In this document: positions 38,215 through 50,879 of the stretch, in pieces
Position numbering within the stretch: position 1 is the first letter of the stretch
How the letters are laid out: every line of letters begins with the position of its first letter
Program-made: the position numbers and the translations under genes
The notes under the pieces: generated by a model
Told to the model about the DNA's origin: nothing
Databases searched by the model: none
What the model saw: only the letters and a program-made list of their open reading frames with translations
Source: Octopus vulgaris
Taxonomy: Eukaryota
DNA length: 64,000 bases
Reading direction: 5' to 3'
Assembly (NCBI GenBank): GCA_951406725.2
Contig: OX597814.1
Span: 154,938,001-155,002,000 of the forward strand

Positions 38215-39628
38215 GGATCCTTGTGGCTTGAATCCACAAAATTTGTTCGCCAAAATTTGTTCCAGTTGTTTTCAAATTTGGTATATGGATTAAGTTGTTT
38301 TTTTTTTTACTAATTATGAAAATGAAAATTATTTTGCCTATAAATTTATAATTAAGAAGTTATTAGCCTTCAAAATTTACAAACTTTGGGTATTTTAGCC
38401 AATCAGAACTGAGTATTTTACGCATCACCGTGAAGTTTAGCACAATAAGCAAAGAACTCTGTTTCCATGTTTCCATAGTAACCAAGGAGTATAACCACCA
38501 CGTGTTCCATAACTGTTTGCATAGTAACTAAAGATGCTGCGCATGCGCACAAGGTGTGTAACCACCACGTGTTCCATATCTGTTCGTTTTCATAATAGTA
38601 GGAATTCGATTCGAGAACGGTATAGAGATTTTAGAACAGGGACGAGATGGTTTCAACTTTAAACCTTCCCTGTTTGATGGAATTAATAAAGACATAAGAG
38701 GATGCAGCATATTTCTTCCAAGAGAAAGGAATAATACCAGAAAAGATTTGTAAGAAAGAACATCCCATGGAAAAAAAATCAAAATAAAAAGTGGAAATTT
38801 GTACCGGCGTTGCCAATGGAGAGGCTGCAAAATGTCTGTGTCTCTCCGAAAAGATACATGGTTGGAAGGTGGCTCCCTTTCTCTGAAAACAATACTTCCT
38901 TTTTATACGCCTTGGTGAAGGAAATGGGTCAAGGAAATAAGACACTCGGTTCTTCCAGGAGCCATTATCTTCAGTAATCTGTGGCGAGGTTATAATCAGA
39001 TCCCAGAAATCGATTTCAGACATAAAACTCTGAACCATTGTATTGAATTTATAAACTCAAAAGATGGAACTCACACTCAACAAATTGAGTGCACATGGAT
39101 GTCTTTAAAGCGTGGAAACAAACGCCGACGTGAGACATACCGTTCCATGGTTGACTCTTATCTTTGCGAATTTATATGGAGAAGGAGTTATGAGAAAGAT
39201 AATCTATTTTATAAAATCCTAGAGTGTATTGCAAACTTTCGTTCTTGAAGCTTTTAACTAATAAACGTCTGTCTTAAGCAATGTTATTTCTAGCAACTGC
39301 AGTTGGTTTGCTTGTAGCTTTTATATATTTAATTTGCTCGCGTATGTTTCGGTATTTTTCACTGTTATTTCTTATGCTATGACATGCCGGCACCCCCCGC
39401 CTTCTCGCTACTGTGACAGAGGATGGAAGAAGCAGCGAACGCGCTGGTTTCGATTGGCTGAAAATTCTGAAAATTATAATACTTTGAACACCTGTAACAT
39501 TTTCGCAAAATTTTTCTGGGATAAAGGAATAACAAATTTGGATTCAGCGTCACAAGTTGCACCTATATACCACATTACAAAATCCTTTTAAAGATTTCAA
39601 TATGCAGGAACTCAAACCACGAAGATCC
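38215..39628 (+). mobile_element. Merlin (IS1595/ISXO2-like) DNA transposon, internally deleted
   Basis: Imperfect ~22-bp TIRs GGATCCTTGTGGCTTGAATCC / GGAACTCAAACCACGAAGATCC; interrupts a SINE B 3' end. Confidence 0.8.
38647..39248 (+). pseudogene. Merlin transposase remnant
   Basis: N-terminal C/H zinc region (CKKEH..CQWRGC..SLRKDTWLEG); C-terminal VLPGAIIFSNLWRGY..HKTLNH..F..GTHTQQIECTW..DSYLCEFIWRR; central DE region missing. Confidence 0.85.
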
Positions 39629-39646
39629 CACTGCCTTGACAAATAT

Positions 39647-39753
39647 GTTTACAGCACCTAGATTTCACAAGCAGTCACCCATCTAAGTACTAACTAGGAT
39701 CGACGTTAACTTCGGTGATCGGACGAGAGACGATGTTTTCAACTTCATATGGC
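39647..39753 (-). pseudogene. 5S rRNA pseudogene
   Basis: Reverse complement GCCATATGAAGTTGAAAACATCG.CTCTCGTCCGATCACCGAAGTTAA..GTTAGTACTTAGATGGGTGACTGCTT..GGTGCTGTA; internal deletion and substitutions. Confidence 0.88.
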
Positions 39754-39972
39754 GGATCAAAATGAAAAGATCCGAGGTAAATAATTTGAGCTCGAATGCT
39801 GCGATTTCATTGGTTAAAATTCTTAAAATTAAACTACGTTTAAGTTACGAATTACAATTTTGTTTTCAATTTTGTTTACAATAATATTTTCTTTTGACAC
39901 ATTCTACCAGTATACGAAGTTTCAAATTTTTTAGTTTACTAGGAAAATCTGGCCTTCAAAATGAAAAGATCC
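39754..39972. mobile_element. Short non-autonomous Merlin-type element with 8-bp TSD
   Basis: GGATC...GATCC termini; perfect TSD CATATGGC at 39746-39753 and 39973-39980. Confidence 0.75.
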
Positions 39973-40033
39973 CATATGGCAGAAAAAGAACATGAGTTAA
40001 TGAGAGTGAAGCAGATATTAGTGGATAAATTGG

Positions 40034-40114
<81 letters not shown>

Positions 40115-40266
40115 GGACAGATAGAAATTTTAAAAGAATTAGTGGGAGAGAGAACTAATGTGAATGCGTCTTGCTATGTTTGTATGTGTTTCTGCGTGTA
40201 CCTAATTTTATATATTTGTGAGAGGATATTTGTATGTGTTTGAGTAAAATTAAAAATTTGGCAATT

Positions 40267-40333
<67 letters not shown>

Positions 40334-40484
40334 AGGAGAGAGTTAGTGAGATAGAGAAAGTTTTAAGGATAGAGTAAGTTTTAGGGATTGTAATGGTTAG
40401 AAATTGAAGGTCAAACAGATACATAGACGTAGCAATAGGCAAAAATAGGTAAGCTAAGAAATACAGGCAGACAAATAGATTGAT

Positions 40485-40860
<376 letters not shown>

Positions 40861-40992
40861 TAAATATATAGATGAATAGAAAAAGATAGACAGATAGATA
40901 TAGAGCAAGCGAGGGAGAAAGAAAGTGTGCAAGATAGTGTGTACTTGTGATTGTTTGCCTATGTGTATTTTTGTGTGTTTATGTGTGTGAGC

Positions 40993-41049
<57 letters not shown>

Positions 41050-41699
41050 AGAGAGAAAGAGAGCAGCTTAAGAGAAAACGGGTGTTTGTAACTTTAGATA
41101 GATAAATTGGGTGGTAGCAAGTAGCCAAGAATGATAGACAGAAAGGGTAAAAAATAGAGAGAGTGAAAGAAAAAAAAAACATAGTGGCGGACCAATAGGC
41201 AGAGACAGGAAGGTAAGTACACAGAGAGAAAGAATGAGAGAGAGAGAAAGAGAAAGACAAAGAGTTGTAGAGAAGGGAAGAGAGAGTGGTGGTGGTGATG
41301 GGGAAATGAAGTGAGCTGTAGAGAAATGTTAGTTGAGTTTTTTGCTGGTTTTGTATAGTAAGATCAGGTTTTTTATGTGTCAGAGTGGATTACGCCTGGC
41401 ACAGGATACTCTCGCGAACCAAGTCGACCTGCACCCCCTCTAACAAGCGTCCGTCAGTGCAGTCTGGCGCCACGATTCAACGTCTCGTGGCCCTCCTCCA
41501 GAGCTTTCGTACCCCTACCACTGCTGATGCCCCCATTTCTGGAGCCGGCTGGCGAATTGAGCAAGATTTACTCTTGATACTGTGCTCTTGCCGCAGGAAT
41601 TGAAACAAATCGACTAAAGAGAAGAAAAGTTTTAGAATTATAATTCCTTCTACCAGTTTTCTTAAGCAGAAGGGAGGAAAATAAAGGAGGGGGGGGGAG

Positions 41700-42303
41700 A
41701 AAGAAGAAGGAGAAGAAGAAGAAGATGACGATGATGGTGATGATGATAATGATGATGAAGGAAAATGAAAGAAAGGGAATTAGTTGTAGGAATACCAGCT
41801 ATAGTAAAAATGCGAAGTAGAAGCAAGCGGTCTTGATATAGACAACAATGATGATGATGATAATGACGACGATGACGACGACGACGACGACGATGATGAT
41901 GATGACGACGACGACGACGACAATGATGATGATGATGATGATGATAATGACGGCAATGATGACGACAACGAGGAAGAAGAAAGCGGAGGAGGAGGAGGGT
42001 GGAAGAAGAAGAAGAAGAAGAAGAAGAAGAAGAAGAAGAAGAAGAAGAAGAAGAAGAAGAAGAAGAAAGTGGAGAAGTAGGATGAGAAGGGAAGGTGGGA
42101 GATGAAGTAAAAGCGAAAGATAAGAAAGAAGGAAAATTAGTTGAAGAAATTAAAAACAATGTGAAGAAGGAAACAAAGAAAAAGTAAAGTAAAATTCAAA
42201 AGACAAAAGAAAGGAGGATATGGAAAAGAAGATGGATGGGGAAAGGGGAATATGTAAAACAAGAAGGATGGTGCGGGAGAAGAAATAAAAGGTTTAGTAA
42301 ATA

Positions 42304-42364
<61 letters not shown>

Positions 42365-42401
42365 TGATGATGATGATGAAATAATAATAATACTAATAAT
42401 A

Positions 42402-42437
<36 letters not shown>

Positions 42438-42470
42438 GTGATCATCATCATCATCATCATAATAATAATC

Positions 42471-42516
<46 letters not shown>

Positions 42517-42595
42517 TGATGATGATGATGATGATGAAATAATAATAATAATAATAATGATAATGATGATGATGATGATGATGATGATGATGGTG

Positions 42596-42627
<32 letters not shown>

Positions 42628-42628
42628 A
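41700..42628. repeat. Compound trinucleotide repeats (GAT, GAC, GAA, AAT, CAT)
   Basis: Direct observation. Confidence 0.95.
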
Positions 42629-42742
42629 CAGTGAGGGAAGGAAAAAATGTGATAGAGGTGATGTAGACAATAGAAATAGAGATACGACTATATGCGACTG
42701 AATAAATAAGTGCAGGAAAAAGAGGAAGTTTGAGAAGCATGA

Positions 42743-42785
<43 letters not shown>

Positions 42786-43115
42786 AGAAAAAAGGGTCGT
42801 AGAGACCAAAAGGCAGACACCGATAATAGAAGTGGGCTAAACGACAATAATCACGACAAGTAAAAAAAAATGATATAGAAAGTGTTGAGAAATGTATATA
42901 TATAAACAAACAAAAACAATAATTACGACTCTGTCAGAAATATGGTAAACAAAGTAAGAAGGAATTAATGATTTAATCTCACATTTACCAAATGATGCTG
43001 TTATGATATGCAATATTGTAGTCAATATGGATAGAAATATATCAACAGGATAAGTACATTACATACGCGCAAACGCTCGTACACATCCCTCTCTCCCTCT
43101 GTACATATGCGTGTT

Positions 43116-43166
<51 letters not shown>

Positions 43167-43199
43167 ACCTATCTATCTCTATGAACAGTAAAAATTTAA

Positions 43200-43456
43200 T
43201 ACAAAGAGTAACTTATTTGTAAAAAAAAAATGTAACATGTGACTTCATTGACCGAGGTTACCGTGGTCTTTTCCTTAGGCTTTTCTTTCCACGGGTAAAC
43301 CTCAATGGTCTTCCCCTTTACACTTTATATTGACATTTCTGTGATAACGATCCCTATTGATCGAAAACCAACCCCCATTTTTTATCCCCAAAAGAAAAGC
43401 TCTACCTTGTAATTTCTCCCGTCTGTGTGCAGCCCTGTGTGGCTAATAAAGAAACA
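43200..43456 (+). mobile_element. Probable LINE 3' UTR fragment sharing its tail with SINE family A
   Basis: Ends TGTGTGCAGCCCTGTGTGGCTAATAAAGAAAC versus SINE A TGTGTTTAGCCCCTTGTGGGCAATAAAGAAAT; followed by (CTAT)n. Confidence 0.45.
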
Positions 43457-43551
<95 letters not shown>

Positions 43552-43552
<1 letters not shown>

Positions 43553-43702
43553 GTGGTTGCGTGGTAAGAAGCTTGCTTTCCCGTCACATGATTCCGGGTC
43601 AGTCCCACAGCGTGGCATCTCGAGTAAGTCACTTCTACAATATCCTCGTACCGACCAAAGCCTTGTGAGTAGATCTGGTAGACGGAAACTGAAAGAAGCC
43701 CT
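43552..43702 (+). mobile_element. SINE family B 5' half
   Basis: CGTGGTTGCGTGGTAAGAAGCTTGC..GGTAGACGGAAACTGAAAGAAGCCC. Confidence 0.8.
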
Positions 43703-43844
43703 TCACACACACAGAAGCATGACAGGAGTAAATAGAAACCAATAAAACATCATTTTATGTATATTCTAATTTGTAAAGTTTTATACTTTTCATTAATTGA
43801 CATTTTTATGTTTCAGGTTCTATATGTGGCTGTTTAATCATACC

Positions 43845-44330
43845 ATGTGCAAAAGAAGCCTTGGAACTGTTTGAATTTCAAAGAAGCCGTATTGCAGGTC
43901 ATTCTGAAGGTGGATATCGTCAGCGTAAAATCGCAGAAAGCCTTGGGATCCCGCTTTCTACAGTTAATAGAGTGATTGTGCAATTCACCAGAAGGGGGAA
44001 TGAGTCGACATCACCTCGCCCAAATCAACCAAGACCCTCTGATAAGACCCTTCTCTTTGCTAAGAGAAGTGTGGAGGATACTCCTTGTTACAGAAGAAGC
44101 TGATGTCAGTCCCAAAACAGCTGTCAGGTATCTCCACAAACTTGGTTACTATGGCAGAGCAGCTGGAAGGAAGCCACTCCTTCGACCAGCCAACATCAAG
44201 CGGAGAATATCAGTGAAATGATGGTGAGGCCACTAGCGTTTTGGGACACTGTCATATTCTCTAATGAATCCAGATTTGCTGTATTTCCTGACAGTGGTCG
44301 TGTGTGGGTCTGGAGACTGTGATAAAAAAT
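43845..44330 (+). mobile_element. Tc1 transposase remnant
   Basis: QRKIAESLGIPLSTVNRVI (paired-like HTH), VSPKTAVRYLHKLGY..RKPLL, WDTVIFSNESRF..GRVWVWR. Confidence 0.88.
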
Positions 44331-44957
44331 CTGATGTGAAAATAATGCAGCCAATAAGATGTCCTCAAACATCTTACACACTCTGCATAATATATATATA
44401 TACACCCCACCACCATATATATATATGCCTACTTAACTGGACGACATTTCTTCTCACCTCTCGACATGTTTTCTCTGTCTTCTTTTCTCTTCTAATATTT
44501 TTGCCTCTTGCATCTATTCTATATCCTTTCAAAGTTTCCCCCAGGCGTTACCCATTACAATTCGTTTTGGCTTAACAGCCCTTAATGTTTCTCTTCGTCG
44601 ATTGTTTACTCTGTACGTCCACCCTGTCGTTGTTTGTTCGTTCGAAGCTCTAACCCTCCAGAATTTTTATACTTTAAAAATATCTGGGTGTTGCCGTTTA
44701 ATGAAGTTTTTTTATATTGTCGTTGAAAGCTCGAAATAGGGAGTAATTAACAGTCGACAACTGAGAAGGGGTTAGACTTCTTGTGGTATTTTGTCCCGTA
44801 CTTGATTCTCTTTATGTGTGTACGTAATTTTCACTAGTTGGTGATGTCCTGTTCTTATTGTATATTTTTGGGTAATTTGTCCTGTACTTGTCGCTCGTGT
44901 GTCTACGTATTTTCACTCGTTGGTGATGTCACGTACTTGATATATTTTATATTCATT

Positions 44958-45004
<47 letters not shown>

Positions 45005-45062
45005 ACACACACGTAAATATTTTAGGCGCAGAAGTGATTGTGTGGTAAGTAGCTTCCTTACT

Positions 45063-47087
45063 TCCGCACATGCGCATTGGTGTTTTGCTTCAACACTTGA
45101 ACAAGGATATGAGTTAGTGTGCTCCGTCCTAAAACTGAAAATTAACTGGTGATTTTGTTTGTTTTGAGCTGGGCATGATTTATTGTTTTGGAATTTTTTT
45201 TCAGTAAATTTCGCCCAGCTCTTGGACAATTTCGCCTGCTTTCGGCGGCTATTGTGACTTTCGCTTGTTGAAAAAATGTTTGGGGCGTATCCCCGCACAA
45301 AAATTGAAGTTTGTTCTAGTCATTGAAATTTTTTGTGGCCCATTGTGGCGAAGATTGGTCTTCTGTGGATTTAAGATTCCAGCTCGGAGTACTAGCCAAA
45401 GAAGAGGGCCAGGAAGGAGTACCTGTGGTCGGAATTGAGTAGTTGCCATTTGGAACCATATTTTTATTTCTTCCGTGTTTTTCCTTCTAATTTTTGAACT
45501 GTCCTTTTTGTTTTCTTTTGTCTTATTTTTTTACTGTCTATTTTTCGTTCAGACTTATTTTTTCTAGTGTATTTCTATTTTTGTGGACATTTGAACTTTC
45601 TTCTTCATGGCGATAAAGAATGGTGCCGCTGCTTTGGAGAGGCAGATTGTCCCACCCAGGCATGGTTAAAAGATATGGAGGAGAGGACGGTGGTGGTTAG
45701 AACTTATTCTAAAGTTCTTGATTCCATCACCATCTTCCCAAAACCAGTTATAGAAAATGAACTGAAAGACTATTTGTCCTCTGTGAAATACATATCCCGT
45801 GGTGTCAACCATGCAACTGTATGGTTGCTGTTTGACAACCGGGAAAGGCTTGCAATTTTGCGAGTCAGCCCTTAGAGGGCAACGAAATTAATAAGAGCCT
45901 GGGTATGTGGGTTACCCCCAGGCACCGAGGCGGGTTGGATTGAAGATACCATCCGACGGGGACTGGGAGATAGCGGGCCGAGTCTCTTAAATGTAAGAGT
46001 ATCGCCGGCAGTCGATTGGGAAGGCTCAAAAGCGATTTTGACCCTGTGGACCCCATCGGCCGCAACAGATCTGGTGGCTGGCTGCAATTATCCGGTGATA
46101 CTTGAGGGACGTCCCCCAAGTATCACTCGTGCCTGCAGCCAGGCCACATTAAGAAGAACTGCCCCCAGGACCATGGTAAGGGCTTGGAACAGTCACTGAA
46201 TGCCACCTCCCCATCCCGGTCAAAGGGAGAGGTGGGTGTGGTTGAGAAGGCTAACCCAAAAAGGATTAAAAAGGAAGAAGGTGGGCAACAATGGTTGCCC
46301 GCTGAAGGACCCTAAGGCTTCGGGAGGTAGGGGAGAGACTCCGGACAAAGCGGAAGAGCTCCACTCTCCCGAAGTCAGGAAGAAAAGAAAGAAAAGAAAG
46401 AAGAACGGGTCATTGCAGGTGGGCGGTGATATGCCGTCTGCATGACCCGAAGTTGTGCCCCCACGATGGAAGAAACGACCCTCACCCTTAAAGATGATGA
46501 ATTAATTATCTTTTTCTACAAGGGCGGGGAGGTGGAAAAAATAGTAGAAGAACATAAAGAGACAGTAGATATACCATTCACACGGGATCCCGAATGGCCT
46601 CCGCAGATAGCTGTAGAGGTTATAAGGTTTCCCTTGTGGGAAAGGCTTAAAGGATTTGGGGAAGAGCGTCGCATATGGCCGGGTGGCCCTTACACGACTT
46701 ACATGTCCTGCATGAGTGAGACATGGGAAATGGCGGGATACAGGAACTCAAGCGGCATTGAAGATAACGATGGATATATTGATGGATATATCGATGAGTA
46801 GGAGGTGAAAAAGCCTCGTTAGAGGGTTTGAAACCTCATCTTATTGTATTATTTGTAGTGGTTTATAACTTCAATTGTCTGTTTTAAAAAACATGTTTAG
46901 TAAGAGGTCTTAGTGTCTCCTTCTTGTAAGAGGTTTGAAACCTCATATTGATTTTTAAAAAAAGAAAATATGTTTTCGGGAAAAATCCAGTCGGCGGGTG
47001 TTGGGTTTCGTCTCTCATTAATGTGTTTGTTCAGCCCGCAAAGCTACCCAATCTTTGTACTGTCTTTATGGCAAATTTGATAAAATA
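45063..47087 (+). mobile_element. ORF1-only L1/Tx1-like non-LTR element (HAL1-like) with 16-bp TSD
   Basis: TSD AAGTAGCTTCCTTACT (45047-45062) / AAGTAGCTTGCTTACT (47088-47103); single frameshifted gag-like ORF; AATAAA at the 3' end; no EN or RT seen. Confidence 0.75.
45607..46801 (+). pseudogene. Gag-like ORF1 with CCHC knuckle, frameshifted
   Basis: ATG 45607; ERTVVVRTYS..; knuckle (Y)HSCLQPGHIKKNCP at ~46121-46165; Lys/Arg-rich segment; acidic end at the 46801 stop. Confidence 0.65.
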
Positions 47088-47440
47088 AAGTAGCTTGCTT
47101 ACTAACCACATGGTTCCGGGTTCAGTCCCACTGCGTGGCACCTTGGACAAGTGTTTTCTACTATAGCCTCGGGCCGACCAAAGCCTTGTGAGTAGATTCG
47201 GTTCACGGAAACTGAAAGAAGTCCCTCGTATATATACATGTATATATTTGTATGTGTGTCTGTGTTTCTCCCCACCACAACATCGATGTTGGTGTGTTTA
47301 CATCCCCGTAACTGCAAAAAGAGAACGATAGAATAAGTACTAGGCTTATAAAGAATAAGTCCTGGGGTCGGTTTTTTCGACTAAAGGCGGTGCTCCAGCA
47401 TTGCTGCAGTCAGATTACTGAAACAAATAAGAGAATAAAA
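47088..47440 (+). mobile_element. SINE family B (head at 45024-45062, split by the 2-kb insert)
   Basis: GGCGCAGAAGTGATTGTGTGGTAAGTAGC continues seamlessly after the second TSD. Confidence 0.9.
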
Positions 47441-47454
47441 GAATATGTATGCAT

Positions 47455-47583
47455 ATTTATGTGTGTCCGTCTTTGTGTCTGCGTTTAGCCCCTCACCATC
47501 ACTTGACAACCTATGTTGGTCTGTTGACATCCCCCATAACTTAGCAGTTCGGCAAAAGACAGCGATAGGATAAGTCTTAGGGT

Positions 47584-47641
<58 letters not shown>

Positions 47642-47808
47642 TACATATATACAATAGGCTTTTTTCAATTTCTGTCTACCAAATTCAGTCACAAGGCTTT
47701 GGTTAACCTGGGGCTACAGTAGAAGACACTTGCCCAAGGTGCCACACAGTGGGACTAAACCTGGAACCCTGTGATTGGGAAACAAGCTTCTTACTGTACA
47801 GGCACGCC
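47455..47808. mobile_element. SINE B 3' fragment (+) and SINE B 5' half (-)
   Basis: CTTGACAACC..GTTCGGCAAAAG on plus; CTACCAAATTC..AGAAGACACTTGCCCAAGGTGCCAC is the reverse complement of the head. Confidence 0.75.
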
Positions 47809-47818
47809 TTTGCTTATA

Positions 47819-47899
<81 letters not shown>

Positions 47900-47902
<3 letters not shown>

Positions 47903-48270
47903 GAACAATCTTACTTAGAAATGGATGCGTGCGTTCCGCCATATAATAAATTAATAAATAAATTAAACAATTGCATATATACATACATATATGTATGTAC
48001 CTACCTCTACATGTATATATACATGCATATATGGGTACAGGACACCAAAAAAACGTCGAGCACAATGAGAAACGAAAACATAAACACAAGGCGACTGAAG
48101 AAGGGGAATTTTCCTTGTTTTGTATGTCCTACACTCTATTTTTTCGTTGTTTAAGAAAAATGTCCATTTTCTTGGTTTTGTGTTTATGTTTTCGTTTCTC
48201 ATTGTGTTCGACGTTTTTTTGGTATCTTATGTATATATACATGTTTTATTTATTTATTAATTTATTATAT
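47900..48270. mobile_element. TA-embedded foldback repeat (family of 16835-17090) with PLE-like CTGAAGAAGGGG motif
   Basis: ACCAAAAAAACGTCGAGCACAATGAGAAACGAAAACATAAACACAA / TTGTGTTTATGTTTTCGTTTCTCATTGTGTTCGACGTTTTTTTGGT arms. Confidence 0.75.
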
Positions 48271-49359
48271 ATATATATATATATATATAGGCAAACCAGG
48301 ATTCCTCATGAAAATGTTAACGTTTACTCTTGGGATTTATTGAAATTTGTTGATTCACATGGCCAAACTTAGATATACTTGAAACTGAAGTTTTCCAAAT
48401 CAAAAGGGAATATCTGTTGGTATGAGAAGAATTCTGAACATAATTGTTTCTCCTCCTTCGACAAACCCATTGAGATTAGTACAAGCTAATTAACCCTTAG
48501 CCTTGCGTGGTTGCGTAGTCTCTGATCTAAATTACGGAACCACTTTATGGAGGATTTTTATTTTAAATTGAAATTTGTGTAGCAGTAAACCTGAAGATTC
48601 TAAAGAAACTCTTTCTGAGTCACAACGCTATTGAATGTAAGTTTGCCAGTTGTAAACGATAATCGTATAACTATTTTGCACAGCCTCTGCTGTGTAAAGT
48701 AATGATGTAGGCTGAGGAAGGGAATCTTTCTCTTCCAACTTGCCACAACATTTTTGAAAAAGACGGACTCTCATGTTTGTAGGCATTTTGGCAATTTAAA
48801 CTTCAGTTCAAAATTGATCAGGCTGGACAATTTTGTTCATTTTTGAATTAGTGGTAAATATGACATAAGTCTCATGACAACCATTCAACCAATGTTCTGT
48901 CGAGGGCTTTCAAAGTTCTTTTGTGTATCCCTGTCTATTCATCCCTTACAATCATTTGTGCGTAAATCTAAAAGGCACTTGAAAGCAGAGTATGCTTTAT
49001 GGTTCTTAGCAAGAAGTATGGTGACAATACTTGGAAAAGAAACTGCAATAATTATGCCTTTATGTTGATGAAATTATCAATCAATAGACTGATCGGAGAT
49101 ACTTATTTACACAAGGAATCAAGAAAGGAGAGTTCAGATTCTTCGCGGATCCTATAAACAATAATAATAAGGTTGAATCTTATAAAAAATAATAGTGAAC
49201 CTAATGGATCCATGGTAATTTATATATGATCTCATAGTATTGTCATATCTTTCTCAAACATTCTGTTGAACTTCAGTGACGTTAGATTGTGATAGGCTGG
49301 AGTTTGAAGATCTTCACTATTTATATTATTAAGCTTGTTTGCAATGTCCTCGTCATGTA

Positions 49360-49743
<384 letters not shown>

Positions 49744-49832
49744 GTATGTATGTATATATATATATGATAGAAATAATAAGACAACAAAAGAATGAAAGAG
49801 AGGTCAATATTATGTAAATAGAGGAATTTATC

Positions 49833-49995
49833 TGTAAATGTAATATGTGACAATTATTCGGTAGCCATCATAAAACTCCGAGTTTCGGATGTTGGGATCC
49901 AAAATGCTAACCACTAAGATGCCAGCGTGGATTTCCATCCCGACATCCGAAACTCGGAGTTTCATCATGGCTACCGAATAATCGTCACATCTTAC

Positions 49996-50002
<7 letters not shown>
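49833..50002. repeat. 66-bp inverted repeat with 38-nt spacer
   Basis: TGTAAATGTAATATGTGACAATTATTCGGTAGCCAT..GGGAT / ATCCC..ATGGCTACCGAATAATCGTCACATCTTACATTTACA. Confidence 0.9.
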
Positions 50003-50049
<47 letters not shown>

Positions 50050-50052
<3 letters not shown>

Positions 50053-50195
50053 CAGCTTCCGTCTACTAAATTCATTAATCAGCCTTTGTTCGGTGCGGGA
50101 CTATAGTAAAAGACTCTTGCCCAAAGTGCCAAGCAGTGGGACCGAACCCAGAACCATGTGGTGGGGCAGAAACTTCCTATCACATAGCCACACCT
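50050..50195 (-). mobile_element. SINE family B 5' half
   Basis: CTTCCGTCTACTAAATTC..CTTGCCCAAAGTGCC..GAACCATGTGG..CATAGCCAC. Confidence 0.75.
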
Positions 50196-50879
50196 ATTCC
50201 TATATTTATTTATTTATTTTTATTTTCATTTTTCCTCACTTTGAGTTGCGATTGAAAAGAATATTGACATCATTTTGTCTGAAAGTTTTGTAAATTTTAG
50301 AAATTGTCAATACAATGGTATAAAGTTACATCTGTTTGGTCGCTCGACTTGTAACCCTTCAGATAACATCAAACGGACTTTAGAAAAGACAAGACATATT
50401 CTGCTGTCACTGAAGATGGCTACTCCATCAATGGTAACATGAAATAGTGTTCCCCGATTCCAAGAAGTTACGTCTCTGGGGGATTGTTAAACACCGAATT
50501 ATTTCTCCACATTCCCAAAACCATAAGATGATATGAAAAGTTGTAAACAGTCACGTCTTTTATTACTCGCGTCTGCCTTACTTCACAGTGACCCTCGTAA
50601 CCTTTATGGGAACCATCGGTCCTATAGACGTAGATATACTAGAATCTTGTTTTATGTACAAAGCGAGAGGGAGCCTCGATGTAGTTGCTCAACTAGCTAC
50701 AGATAGCAATGAAATGCTCCGTAAATGACTCCATACCATCCTAGATACAAACTGGATATATCGGACAATGTAGTCATGCATACCTCTAGAAAGACGGAAT
50801 GATCATAGCTGGAAGTCCTTTGCTTGTACTACTTCATAACTAGCATTCCATCGGTTACGACTATGGTACAGCCTGCTCG

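Noticed and set aside
38631-39038. 135-aa minus-strand ORF, or bacterial IS contamination
   Set aside because: Antisense to the Merlin transposase; IS1595-like motifs are expected for eukaryotic Merlin, and the element is nested in a host SINE
39647-39753. Functional 5S rRNA gene
   Set aside because: Internal deletion, many substitutions, disrupted 5' end, not in an array
41662-42847. Homopolymer-rich ORFs
   Set aside because: Compound trinucleotide microsatellites
48300-49200. Possible decayed hAT transposase
   Set aside because: No motif could be read confidently by eye
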